From IMG/VR virus record IMGVR_UViG_3300031758_000060: 64,000 bases of DNA, one strand, 5' to 3'. Below the pieces are notes generated by a model, which searched no databases, was not told the origin of the DNA, and saw only the letters and a program-made list of their open reading frames with translations. Made by a program: the position numbers and the translations under genes. Position 1 is the stretch's first letter; every line of letters starts with the position of its first letter. This DNA comes from an uncultured virus (IMG/VR IMGVR_UViG_3300031758_000060) (taxonomy: Duplodnaviria; Heunggongvirae; Uroviricota; Caudoviricetes). Positions 27,512-37,900 of this stretch are shown piece after piece.

Positions 27512-29482
27512 ATGGCGAGCTACAAACTGCAGTCGTTCTCCGGGATCTTCCCCAGGTTCCCAGACTCTCTCTTGCCCGAGCGGGCAGCCTCACAGGCAGA
27601 GAACTGCGACTTCGCCTACGGCGAGCTTCGCAACACGAAGGGCGGCTTCCTGTTGCAGACGCTGCAGAACGACGCGGCTTCGATCTATACCGACAACGGC
27701 CTGTCGTTCTACACCTGGACGACTGACGTCGATGCCGTGCGCTCGCCGCTGTCGCGTGACCAGTTCAACCGGCTGTATTACACCGGGGACGGTGGCTTCA
27801 AGGTTGCCGACCGCCTGGGCACGCGCACCAACGGCGGCACGCCGTCAACGTCCTACAACGTCGGCGTGCCCCGGCCCAGCGTTCCACCTGCGCTGACCGT
27901 CTCCCAAGTCTCACTCAGCACCGCGGAAACGGACTTCACCTACCAGTTCCACTGGGAGTACGGCGGGGTCAAGTACCAGGAGCAGGCCGTCACCACGGCG
28001 TCGGCCTCGTTCGGCACGACCGTGACGTTGACCTTCGCCGCCCCCCCGGCTCGCGCCAGCACGACGCCGGAGCAGGCATTCCCGGTTTACCGGGCAACGG
28101 CCAAGAACAAGCAGTCCCTGGCCCAGGTGTTCGACGTCTACACCTCGAACTCGTCGCTGGCCGCCAAGGACATGCCCTACGCGGCCACCATCACCAGCGC
28201 CAACGACACCAACACCGTCACCATCGCACCGGCCGAGTCGGAAGCCACAAAGGAGACTCGGGCCTACGTCTACACCTACGTCAACATCTACGGGGAAGAG
28301 GGCCCGCCCAGCGACCCAGGCACCATCAACTGCAACCCATCGCAGATCGTGGGCGTCAGGGTGCAGCGCGATGCCACCGCGATCAACTACGCCCCGATCA
28401 AGGAAATCCGGGTCTACCGCACCCCCACCGGCTCGACCCTGGCGCAGTATTTCTACGCCGGGACTATCGGTGCGCTGTCAGGCCCGGGCGTCTTCAACTT
28501 CGCCGACAACGTGCTCGGCGAGCAGTTGAACGAGCCTCTGACGTCGCTGAACTTCTACCCCCCAGACTCCGGCCTGCAGGGGCTGATGAGCCTGCCCAAT
28601 GGCATCCTGGCGGCCTGGAAGGACAACGAGCTTCACTTCAGCGAAGCCTACAAGCCGTGGGCGTGGCCGCCGAGCTACGTGAAGACGCTGCCCAACGCCA
28701 TCGTCGGCGGGATTGTCTACGGTGCGGGCGCGCTCATCACCACCCGGTCGCATCCCTACTTCGTCTCCGGCGTCTCACCGGACTCCATGACCACTAGCAA
28801 GATCAACGTCGATCAGGCAGGCGTTTCCAAGAAGTCGATGGCCGTGGTGGACGGCGCGGTGATCTACGCCAGCAACGACGGGCTGGTTGTGGTCTCCGGT
28901 GGCTCCGCAAGCCTCGCGCAAGGCCAGCGGTTCTTCACCCGCGACGTGTGGCGGCAGCGGTACTCGGCCGGCCTGTCGTCGATGCACTTCAGTTCGTGGG
29001 ACGGCCGGCTGGTGGCGTTCTCTTCAACCGGTGCGTTCAAGCCCTTCATGATCCGGCTGGACGAGGCCGATGGCACCATGACCGAGTTGCCGGCGTTCCA
29101 GGCCAAGTGCGCGTTCGTCAGCCAGTTGTCGGACCAGATGTACTACGGCCACAACAGCGGCATCTTCCAGTTCAACGGCGGGCAAGAGCAGCAGGCGGTG
29201 TGGATGTCGCGGGAGATGGCCATTGGCCGGCCGTGCAATTTCGGCATCGCCCAGGCGCTGGTGGATGGATCATGGACGCTGGAGTTCTGGTCTTGGGGCA
29301 AGACTGCGGGCACCGACGGCGCCTGGACAAAGCGCCACACCGAGACCCTGACCACCGGCCAGCGCACCTTCAGGCTGCCGTCCGGGTACGAGTCCGATCG
29401 GTACAAGGTCAAGATTTCCGGGCTCGGCAGCTTCCGTGAGTTGCGCGTGGCGCAGACTGCAAGGGAACTGGCGTCCGTATGA
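27512..29482 (+). CDS. Tail tubular/nozzle (stabilisation) protein
   Basis: FSGIFPR...LLP...A..A.N, TRAYVYTYVN.YGEEGPPS, FSEAYKPWAWP, YASNDGLV. Confidence 0.7.
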   Translation: MASYKLQSFSGIFPRFPDSLLPERAASQAENCDFAYGELRNTKGGFLLQTLQNDAASIYTDNGLSFYTWTTDVDAVRSPLSRDQFNRLYYTGDGGFKVADRLGTRTNGGTPSTSYNVGVPRPSVPPALTVSQVSLSTAETDFTYQFHWEYGGVKYQEQAVTTASASFGTTVTLTFAAPPARASTTPEQAFPVYRATAKNKQSLAQVFDVYTSNSSLAAKDMPYAATITSANDTNTVTIAPAESEATKETRAYVYTYVNIYGEEGPPSDPGTINCNPSQIVGVRVQRDATAINYAPIKEIRVYRTPTGSTLAQYFYAGTIGALSGPGVFNFADNVLGEQLNEPLTSLNFYPPDSGLQGLMSLPNGILAAWKDNELHFSEAYKPWAWPPSYVKTLPNAIVGGIVYGAGALITTRSHPYFVSGVSPDSMTTSKINVDQAGVSKKSMAVVDGAVIYASNDGLVVVSGGSASLAQGQRFFTRDVWRQRYSAGLSSMHFSSWDGRLVAFSSTGAFKPFMIRLDEADGTMTELPAFQAKCAFVSQLSDQMYYGHNSGIFQFNGGQEQQAVWMSREMAIGRPCNFGIAQALVDGSWTLEFWSWGKTAGTDGAWTKRHTETLTTGQRTFRLPSGYESDRYKVKISGLGSFRELRVAQTARELASV

Positions 29483-30453
29483 TCGAGTCAGTGCTTGGTG
29501 CAGTTGCCAAGACGGCCATGCCCATCAACAAGGGCGTGCCGGGGGTGCCTCTGCACGCGCTGGACGCGATCTCAGACGAGAACACCCGGCAAGTGCTGCG
29601 GGCCATCGTGGACGGCTGGCATGTCCGCAACGGGTCGAGCGGCGGCGGCGACAACCGCTTTGTCACCTCGCAGGAACTGGATGCCATCGCCGGCCGCGTG
29701 GGGGGTCTTGCCATCCAGGTGCAGGAGACCAAGGCGCTGGCGTCTTCGTTTGAGCCGTTCGGACCTGGGAAGATCAACGAACTCATCAGCGACCTGCAGG
29801 CCCAGGTCTTCGAGTCGCGGCTGTTCAAGGCCCTGGAGCAGCGGGTCGATCTGATCGACAAGCCGGGGGGCATCTTCGAGCGCCTGGGGACAGCCGAGGT
29901 GGTGCTGGCTGACGAGACCACGCAGCGCATTGCAGGCGACACGGCGCTGTCTACATCCTTGAGCGCGCTGGGCACTCGCATTGGCAACGCTGAGACGGCC
30001 CTGGTCACCGAGACGACGCAGCGAGTCAACGCCGACAACGCCCTGCAGACCTCGATCACCACCCAGTTCTCGGCCGTCAACAACAGCCTGTCGCTGGTGC
30101 AGGGCGCGACCACAACAAACGCCAACAACGTCTCGGCCCTGACCACGACGCTCAATCAGGTGCAGGCCAGCGTCGGCAGCCTGTCCAGCGCCATTGCCGC
30201 TGAGGCCACGGCCCGCGCTGACGCCGACGGCACCCTGTTCGCCCAGTACACGCTGCGCGTGGATGTGGGCGGCCGGGTGTCGGGGTTCGGGCTGGCCTCA
30301 AGTCAGAACGTCTCTGACTTCATCGTCCGCGCAGACCGCTTCTCCATCGTGAGCCCCACCGGCAACAAGGCCGCGCTCATCATGACCAACAACACGATCA
30401 ACGTGTTCGACGAGAACGGGAACCTGCGCGTCAAGATCGGGAAGCTGGCGTGA
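29479..30453 (+). CDS. Tail protein with coiled coil and DUF1983/J-like C-terminus
   Basis: ETTQR..AD repeats; AQYTLRVDVGGRVSGFGL, FIVRADRFSI, VFDENGNLRVKIGKL. Confidence 0.7.
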   Translation: MIESVLGAVAKTAMPINKGVPGVPLHALDAISDENTRQVLRAIVDGWHVRNGSSGGGDNRFVTSQELDAIAGRVGGLAIQVQETKALASSFEPFGPGKINELISDLQAQVFESRLFKALEQRVDLIDKPGGIFERLGTAEVVLADETTQRIAGDTALSTSLSALGTRIGNAETALVTETTQRVNADNALQTSITTQFSAVNNSLSLVQGATTTNANNVSALTTTLNQVQASVGSLSSAIAAEATARADADGTLFAQYTLRVDVGGRVSGFGLASSQNVSDFIVRADRFSIVSPTGNKAALIMTNNTINVFDENGNLRVKIGKLA

Positions 30454-30788
30454 GCGACCTCTACGTCGATGTCGTCGGCAACGTGACAGGCTTGCCCCCC
30501 GGCGCGGGCAAGTTCGGCATGGCCATCGCAAAGTCCAACCGGCGCGTCACCTACTCAACGCTCGACGTCACCTGGAATCAGGTGGACTTCTTTGACGTAC
30601 CGGCCGGGGGGTCGGCCTACCGCGACTACCCGGTTCTCGCAGGCCGCGAGGTACTGGCCGCGCAAATCATGATTGACGCGCCTCCGCTTGACCGGCGCGC
30701 ACTGGCCCACACCATCGCCGTCAGCGGCACCACGGTGCAGGTCTACGGCGGTTCGGAGCGGGCCTACATCCTGGTGCTGATGCGATGA
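30450..30788 (+). CDS. Tail-tip-associated hypothetical protein
   Basis: GTGA coupling; position after the J-like gene. Confidence 0.6.
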   Translation: MSDLYVDVVGNVTGLPPGAGKFGMAIAKSNRRVTYSTLDVTWNQVDFFDVPAGGSAYRDYPVLAGREVLAAQIMIDAPPLDRRALAHTIAVSGTTVQVYGGSERAYILVLMR

Positions 30789-31702
30789 GTTGGGGCTTCA
30801 CCTCAACCAACGCCAGCGGGCAGGTGCTGGTGTCCAGCGAAACGCGCAACCTGCACTTCGTCGGCAAGGCCACGCTCTCGCGCACGATCAATTCTTTTGA
30901 CGGCTACGGCGGCCTGCGTCACTGGGGATACCAGATCGCGTGCAACGTCACCCCGGTGCCGTTCTTCACGATGCCAAGCGGGGACCGCTATGCGGTGGCT
31001 GCGGTGCGCAACATCGGCGGCAACCTGTGGGAGATCGAGATCATTCGCAGCGGCACCACGGCCGGCTATCCCGAGGTCTACGTGTTCTCCGACCCTCGTG
31101 GCGCGACTGTGAGCCCGGACACCAACTACGGGATGCAGGTCTTCCGCGACGACGGGACGCTGGCTTTCGACAGCCGCCGTCAGCCCCTAGTGGTCTCGGG
31201 CGGCGGTGTTGTCAGCCCGCCCAGCAACCCGACCAGCGTCACCCCATCACTGAGCGGGCGCTACTGCGGCAGCGATGCCAGCGACTCGATCTTTCCGAAC
31301 CAGCAGAACAACTACGCCTTCAATGCCAACGCCGGCAAACCGATGTTCTTCTTCCCGTCGATTGCCCAGGCGCAGCGTGAGTATTCGTTTTCTGAAAAAG
31401 ACCGTGAGTGCGCCGGCTTTAACGTCTATGGCATTTGCTTGGGCTTTGAGGACAGATACTTCTACGACAGCACCTACTGGGCGTTCTTTCGATCCGGCAT
31501 CAGCTACATCACCGGCACGCTCAGTTGTGGGTGGACAACCATCCAGTTCGGGTGCAACTGGAAGTACCGCGAGAAGAGCAAGCTGCTGGGCATTGGCATC
31601 GGCAGCGGATCAGGGTCTGGCGGGGCGTGGCCCTACAGCAACGAGACGCTGAACCTAGCGCCGACTGCTGTCATCGTGGGGGATGCCTATGACTATGATT
31701 AA
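30785..31702 (+). CDS. Tail-tip-associated protein
   Basis: MSWGF...N.SG; YGMQVFRDDGTLAFDS. Confidence 0.65.
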   Translation: MSWGFTSTNASGQVLVSSETRNLHFVGKATLSRTINSFDGYGGLRHWGYQIACNVTPVPFFTMPSGDRYAVAAVRNIGGNLWEIEIIRSGTTAGYPEVYVFSDPRGATVSPDTNYGMQVFRDDGTLAFDSRRQPLVVSGGGVVSPPSNPTSVTPSLSGRYCGSDASDSIFPNQQNNYAFNANAGKPMFFFPSIAQAQREYSFSEKDRECAGFNVYGICLGFEDRYFYDSTYWAFFRSGISYITGTLSCGWTTIQFGCNWKYREKSKLLGIGIGSGSGSGGAWPYSNETLNLAPTAVIVGDAYDYD

Positions 31703-31892
31703 GCCGTTCGAGATCTTGTCCACACGACCGGAGCCCGAGGGTACTGGCGTCTTCTTCCGCGTGAGCAAACGCTATGTCTTTGACCGCATGGAGACGGTCA
31801 AGACGCTTGAGGGCTATCTGCTGGTTTCGCGTGGCAAGGACATCGACCAAGAGACGTTCGATCATCTGAAGATCGCGGGGTGGATTCAGTGA
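31695..31892 (+). CDS. Hypothetical protein
   Basis: Coupled to neighbours. Confidence 0.55.
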   Translation: MIKPFEILSTRPEPEGTGVFFRVSKRYVFDRMETVKTLEGYLLVSRGKDIDQETFDHLKIAGWIQ

Positions 31893-32536
31893 GCTACTAC
31901 GAGCAGATGACGGCCGTCGGTGATGGCGATCGCTTTGCCTACCTCAACGGCACGCCGGAGTTCACTGAGGCCCTGGCCGCCCTGCAGGCGCAGTTCGGCG
32001 AACTCGATCCTACGGGCTGGTACTCGCTCACGACGCCGCAGTTCAACTCGGTCTTGGGCACCAGGGTGGTCTCTGCGGTCATGCGCTCCATGCCGGTGTA
32101 CCTCGACTCCCTGGATCCGGTGGTGGCGGCCCTCAAGTTCTTCGTGGACAGGGGGCAGATCTACAACAAGGTCTACACCTTCGTGAATCCGAACGAGCAG
32201 CCGCTGCCTTACCCGGCAGGCGCCCTGCCGATTGCGGTGGGTTTTCTGGTGCGGGTCTTTGGCCAGCCTACGGGAGACGATCTGTCTCGGTATCGGTGCC
32301 TGTACTTCAGCCATCCCGATCACGCTGCCGTTGAAACCTGGGCGCGGCAATCGCTGCCACGAGGGTTGTACTCGACCTACTACGCGGCGACCTTCGACAC
32401 CCAAGACGGCAACCGGATGCTGCGGATGAAGGTCTACCGTTACGACGAGCAGAACCAGTCATCCGACTGGGAGGTGGCCTGGACGCAAGTGGCCAAGAAC
32501 CGCGGTGTCTTTGACGACTACCTGGGGCCAAATTGA
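31889..32536 (+). CDS. Hypothetical protein
   Basis: GTGA-coupled start (alternative 31880); genome-typical codons. Confidence 0.6.
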   Translation: MSYYEQMTAVGDGDRFAYLNGTPEFTEALAALQAQFGELDPTGWYSLTTPQFNSVLGTRVVSAVMRSMPVYLDSLDPVVAALKFFVDRGQIYNKVYTFVNPNEQPLPYPAGALPIAVGFLVRVFGQPTGDDLSRYRCLYFSHPDHAAVETWARQSLPRGLYSTYYAATFDTQDGNRMLRMKVYRYDEQNQSSDWEVAWTQVAKNRGVFDDYLGPN

Positions 32537-32558
32537 CCACGCGCCGGGAGAATGAGCC

Positions 32559-33044
32559 ATGCTTGCCGCTTCCACGCCTACCGTCGTCATTCGTCAGGCC
32601 GAGCCGGATGACCTGCCGGCGCTGATGCGTATGGCAGAGCAGTTCCACGCCGCCTCGCCGTGCGCGCCCTACATCCCGTTCTGCCCCGCCTCGATGGCCG
32701 AGACCTTCCACCGGCTGGCGGTCAACGACGAATCGTGCCTGCGGGTGGGTGAGGTCAATGGCGAGGTGCTTGGCATGATCGCCGGGGTGGCCTCGCCGCA
32801 CTACGTCAACGCCGCGCACACCACCACCCAGGAACTGTTCTGGTGGGTCGATCCGGCTGCGCGCCATACGCGCCTGGGCGTGAGGCTTCTGCAGGCGTTC
32901 GAGGACTGGGCGCGGGAAGTCGGGTCGCGCACGCTGTTCATGGCCAGCACGGCCACGCTGACACCCGACAAGTTGGCGCGGTTCTACCAGCGCAAAGGCT
33001 ACGGCGCGGTGGACGTCAACTACGCCAAGAACCTGGAGAACTGA
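32559..33044 (+). CDS. GNAT-family acetyltransferase
   Basis: IRQAEPDDLP, ELFWWVDPAAR...G.RLL..FE.WARE.G, RFYQRKGY. Confidence 0.85.
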   Translation: MLAASTPTVVIRQAEPDDLPALMRMAEQFHAASPCAPYIPFCPASMAETFHRLAVNDESCLRVGEVNGEVLGMIAGVASPHYVNAAHTTTQELFWWVDPAARHTRLGVRLLQAFEDWAREVGSRTLFMASTATLTPDKLARFYQRKGYGAVDVNYAKNLEN

Positions 33045-33045
33045 C

Positions 33046-33747
33046 ATGGCCATCAGCACTGCCGCCGCCATCATCGGCTCGGCCGTCATCGGCGGGGTTG
33101 CATCCAACAAGGCCAGCAAGCGGGCCGCTGCCGCCCAGCAAGGCGCCTCCGACGCGGCTGCTCAGCAGGCCGAGATTGCCCGCGACCAGTGGGAGACCTA
33201 CAAGTCCACCTACCAGCCCCTGGAAAAGGAACTGGTGGCCGACGCGCAGGAGTTCGACTCGCCCGAGCGATACCGGGAAGCCGCGGGGCAGGCCGCTGCC
33301 GATGTAAGCAGCCAGTTCGGTCTGGCCCGCGAGCGCCTGACGCGCCAGCCTGGGTTCGACCCTTCGTCGGCCGCCGCGCAGTCGGGCATGGTGGGCCTGG
33401 ATCTCGCCCAGGCGGCCAGCGGAGCTACCTCCCAGAACGCGGCACGACGCAACGTGCGCGACATGGCCTGGGCGCGCAAGGTCGATGCACTCGGCCTGGG
33501 CAAAGGCCTACCGGCCAGCGCCTCGTCGATGCTGTCCAGTTCGGCGAACACGATGGGCAACATCGCTTCCAACCAGTACAGCCTCGCCGACTCGCAGTCG
33601 CGCACGGCCGGTCGGGTGATGGACCGAGTTTTCTCCAACCCTGCAACGAGCAACTGGCTGGGCAACGTCGGCACCTCCATGAGGTACGGCACCGACATCG
33701 GATCACAGCAGACCAGAATGCTGCAAGAGCAAGAACTCGGCATGTGA
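33046..33747 (+). CDS. Internal virion/ejection (pilot) protein
   Basis: Hydrophobic Gly/Ala N-terminus then Ala/Gln-rich helices; follows the GNAT gene as in podovirus ejection loci. Confidence 0.7.
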   Translation: MAISTAAAIIGSAVIGGVASNKASKRAAAAQQGASDAAAQQAEIARDQWETYKSTYQPLEKELVADAQEFDSPERYREAAGQAAADVSSQFGLARERLTRQPGFDPSSAAAQSGMVGLDLAQAASGATSQNAARRNVRDMAWARKVDALGLGKGLPASASSMLSSSANTMGNIASNQYSLADSQSRTAGRVMDRVFSNPATSNWLGNVGTSMRYGTDIGSQQTRMLQEQELGM

Positions 33748-33757
33748 GGAACGCACC

Positions 33758-34984
33758 ATGAGCCTTGCCATGGGCCTGTCGGCCCTCGATGAATACTTCC
33801 GCGAAGGCGATCGCCGCGAACTGCGCGACCGCGACCGCAAGCGGTTCGGCTGGGAAAGCCAGCGTTCTGAGGCCGAGATGTCGGTGCTTGGCGACAAGAC
33901 CGAGGCCGACCGCCTGGGCTATCAGGACCGGGCGGGGGAGTCTGGTGCGCGCATTGCCACCCGGCCGCAGCGCACGGCCAACGAGATCCAGCGTCTGGGC
34001 CAGGACGCCTACAGCCTGTCCCGCGCTAGGGCTCGTCAGCCGAAAACAGAAGACATCAATGATCTGAAGGTGGATTACGGCCTTGGCGATGCCAAGTTCA
34101 ATCTGGCACAGCAGCCCACAATGCAGCAGACCACGGCCAACACCAACGAGGTCGGCCTGCAGAACTCGGCCAACGCCTTGCAAGACAACCCGGCTCGCCT
34201 GGAGACCGCGACCAACAACACCCTCCTTGGGCTGAACCAGTCGCGTGCCGATCTCTCCACACAACCGGCCAAGATCGCCACCCAGGCGGCGCAGGGCGTC
34301 CTCACTCAGGCCCAGGCTCAAGGCCAGTTGGTCTCGGGCCTGTACGACACCCTGCAGTCTGGCAACCCGGACATGGTGCGTAACTACATCCAGGGCTCGA
34401 TCAACACCGGCTTGTTCCCGTCGCTCAAGGGCAAGACGGTTGCCGAGGTCGGCTCGATGAGGGATGCCAGCGGCCAGCCTGTGCTGGTGGCCAAGGGCGC
34501 AGACGGCGCGGTGCTGTTCCAGATGTCCATGGCCGAGATGCAGCGCGTGCGCGACTCGATGGCCAAGCCAGAGACGGTCAAGCTCAACGACGGAGACACC
34601 ATCGTCCAGGTCAGGGGCGGCAAGGCCACGCCGCTCTACACGGCGCCGACTTCACCGGGCAAGGCAGCCGAGCGCATGGGACCGCTGGAGCGCGACGTGA
34701 GCTACCTCATGCGCGCCCACGGCATGAATCAGCAGCAGGCGCTGTCCCACCTCAACTCATCGAAGACGATGAGCCGCGAGCAGTTCGTGCTCAAGAGTGT
34801 GCAGGACACGATGGCCATGACCGGCAAGCGCCCCACGGACGCCGACCTTGCCGAGTTCGGAGCCATGTTCGACCGCGCCACCAAGGGCGGGCCGCGGGTG
34901 GCGCCGGCACCGGCCGCGCCTGGAGCGCCAGCACGCCCGACCATGGATCCCGCACTCAGCCGTCTCCTGGGCATCCCGCAGTAA
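33758..34984 (+). CDS. Internal virion/ejection protein
   Basis: Helical Q/A-rich protein in the ejection locus. Confidence 0.65.
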   Translation: MSLAMGLSALDEYFREGDRRELRDRDRKRFGWESQRSEAEMSVLGDKTEADRLGYQDRAGESGARIATRPQRTANEIQRLGQDAYSLSRARARQPKTEDINDLKVDYGLGDAKFNLAQQPTMQQTTANTNEVGLQNSANALQDNPARLETATNNTLLGLNQSRADLSTQPAKIATQAAQGVLTQAQAQGQLVSGLYDTLQSGNPDMVRNYIQGSINTGLFPSLKGKTVAEVGSMRDASGQPVLVAKGADGAVLFQMSMAEMQRVRDSMAKPETVKLNDGDTIVQVRGGKATPLYTAPTSPGKAAERMGPLERDVSYLMRAHGMNQQQALSHLNSSKTMSREQFVLKSVQDTMAMTGKRPTDADLAEFGAMFDRATKGGPRVAPAPAAPGAPARPTMDPALSRLLGIPQ

Positions 34985-34987
34985 GCC

Positions 34988-37900
34988 ATGGCACTGAACC
35001 AGAACTTCTCGGACTTCTTCGCACCGCCCCCGGCCCCCGCGCCCAAGCGGCAGCCAGCCGCGCCCGCGCCGGCTCCGGCTCCGGCGCCCGTGCCCCAGGA
35101 CACGTTCGCGGGCGTGCCGGCGTGGACCGACATCCAGGCCAAGCCCGAGTTCAAGGCGCTGCCCCCGGCCAAGCAGGCTGAGGCCAAGCAGGCGTACTTC
35201 GACTACTGGATCGCCCCGCGGGTGGGCCAGGACGCCGACGCGATCCGGCAGCAGTTCATCGGAGCGACCCCCGAGGCGCCGGCCGTGGACGAGCAGGCGG
35301 GGCAGGCGGCGTTCGGGATCTACCCCCAGGCCAAGAGCGCCAAGCCGGCCAAGCCGATCCTGGAGCAACCCGGTGCCGTGCCAGACCAGGAGTTCACCAG
35401 CCGGGTGCCCGCACGTCCCGAGGTGCGCCGCTCATTCGAGGCGGCCTGGAATGCGGCCACACCGGCCGAGCGCGCTCAGATGGAAGCCGCCCCAGGCTGG
35501 ACCGGGCAGCTTGCACGCGAGCGGGCAGGGTTCGCCAAGGCCGCCGACGCGGGCATGGCGCAGGCCGGCTCCGAGATGCGCGCCACGCTGGAGGGCATGG
35601 ATCCCCGAGCCGAGTTCCGCGCCGCCCGCCTGCGCGTTCAGGGCGAAGATCCGCGCTTCGCCGAGGCTGCGGGGCGCCAGGGCGCCCGTCGAGGGGTGAT
35701 GCCGGGGCAGGAGATCAAGGCCCTGGACGGCACGGTGCAGGAGTCGAAGTTCGACTTCGAGACGGCCGACTTCTTCGACCCGAAGAACGACCCGAACGGG
35801 ATGAACAACGCGCTGGTGCGCGGGGTGGCCAAGGGCGTTGCCGGGATCGGCAAGTCGTATGCCGGCCTGTTCCAGTTCCAGGCCGATCTGGTCGGGTTCG
35901 ACAGCGCATCGCAGTCGGCGCGGCGCGGCGGCGAGTGGCTGCGCGGCCAGGAAGAGGCCATCGGCGAGCGCGGCGACTTCCTCACCCGCAACCTGGAAGG
36001 CGCGATCAGTTCGATCTCGCAGCAGTTGCCGCTTCTCATCGCAGGGGTCGGGGCCGCCTCCCAGGCCATCCCGCTGGCAGGCATCGCCCTGCAGTCGTTC
36101 GGCCAGGAGTACAGCGACGGCAGGGCCAAGGGACAGAACACCGGGCAAGCGGCCACCCGCGCCGCGATGTTCTCTGCCTTCGAGGTGATCGGCGAGAAGT
36201 TCGGCCTGGGCCAGCAGATGGACGCGCTGCGCGCCGCTGCACGCGGGATGCCCACCAGCGAGATCGCCAACCTGCTGTTCTCGGCGCTGAAGAAGGAGAT
36301 CCCCGGCGAACTGGTGACGACCACCGGCCAGTTCTCGGTGGACAAGTTCGCTGGCAACGGCATCGGCCTGAACCCGAACGCGACCTTCAACGACTACATG
36401 AAGCAGGTCGCCGACACGATCGCGCAGACCGTCATGCAGTCGGGCCTCATGGGCGCGGGCACCACTGGCGTGTCGGCCGGCGTGCGCTTCCTGCGCGACA
36501 GCGATGTCAGCCAGGGCGTGGCCGAGGCCGACGCCGAGGCGGCCAAGCGCACCGCGCTGGATCGGTGGTCAGGGTTCATGGGCCGCAGCCAACCGGCCGC
36601 GACCACGCCGACCGCCGTCGATGGCCGCATCGAGCCCAGCCTAGACACTGGCGCCGCCCCGCCGACGGACCCCACCAACCCCCTGGTACAGACCGCCGAC
36701 GAAATCGTGCGCGGGCTCGCCACCGACGCCGGGATCCCCGAGGCGACGGTGCTGCCCGGGGCGACTGCGCCCGCCGCGGCAATCACCCAGGGCGACCAGG
36801 ACATTCTCGACTTCGCGGGCGCCCGCTTCCAGCAGTTGCGCCAGAAGCGCGACGGCACGGATGAGGAACCCGGCCCAGGGCTGTCGCCCAGCGAAGAGCA
36901 AGAACTGCAGGCACTCGTGCAGGCACGCGGCAATCCGGTCGCGTTGCGTGCGTTCTATGGCATCCCCGACCAAGGAGCAGAAGATGTACGGCAAACCCAA
37001 GAACCACTCGATGGGCCTGCATCAGGCGCGGCCCCCGGCCAAGGCGCCCAAGGGCAAGCAGCCCCCGGCGCAGTACCAGAACAACCAGGGCAACAGCCCA
37101 ATGAAGATGGCCAAGCGCAAGGGCTAGACCAAGCGATCGACGGCCTGGGCGCCTTGTTCGGTGAGACCGAGGCCCAGCGCGAGGCTCGCCTGGAGCGCGA
37201 GGCGATCCAGGGCGAGAGCGACTTCCAGGCCCAGGCGCCCACCAACGACGACGACATCCCGCTTGATCTCGGCCCGCCCAAGACCGAGAAGGAAGCACGC
37301 CAGCGAAAGGAGCAGCAAGCCAATGAGCAAGCCGGTCAAGCCCAGCAAGCAGAAGCGCCGCGAGAAGAAACCCTACGAGCCCCCGCCGCACCGCAGGGTG
37401 CTGCCGCCCCAGGGGTAGGGGCTGCCCCCAGAAACATCTTCACCAATCCCACTCCAAGACCGGCCCCGGAGCCCGCGTCCTGGGACCGGATGTCGGCGCC
37501 TGCCGCCCCAGGGGTAGGGCCCAAGACCGAGCGCGAAGCCAAGCAGCAACGGCAAGAAGCCGCCCCGCCAGTTCAGCAACCCGCTCCCCCTGGTGCGACA
37601 CCGGAGGCAGGGGCCGGGAGTACCCAGCCGACGCAGGTTGCGCCCACCCCGGCTCCGAATCCCCCCCAAGGGCAAGGAGAGGCGGCCACCCTGCCGCAAG
37701 ATCTCTCCGGCGCCAAGCCACGGTACAACTACGGCGCCAAGACCTTTGAACTGAACTTCTCAAGCGACATCGACCGGGCCGCCTACATCACAGCCCAAAA
37801 CAAGACATCTTCGCGCGACGCCGACTACGTGGCCTTTGTGTCGCGGCAAACCGGGATGACAGAGGACGAGGTTCGAGCACATGGCAGAGCCGTGCGCGAC

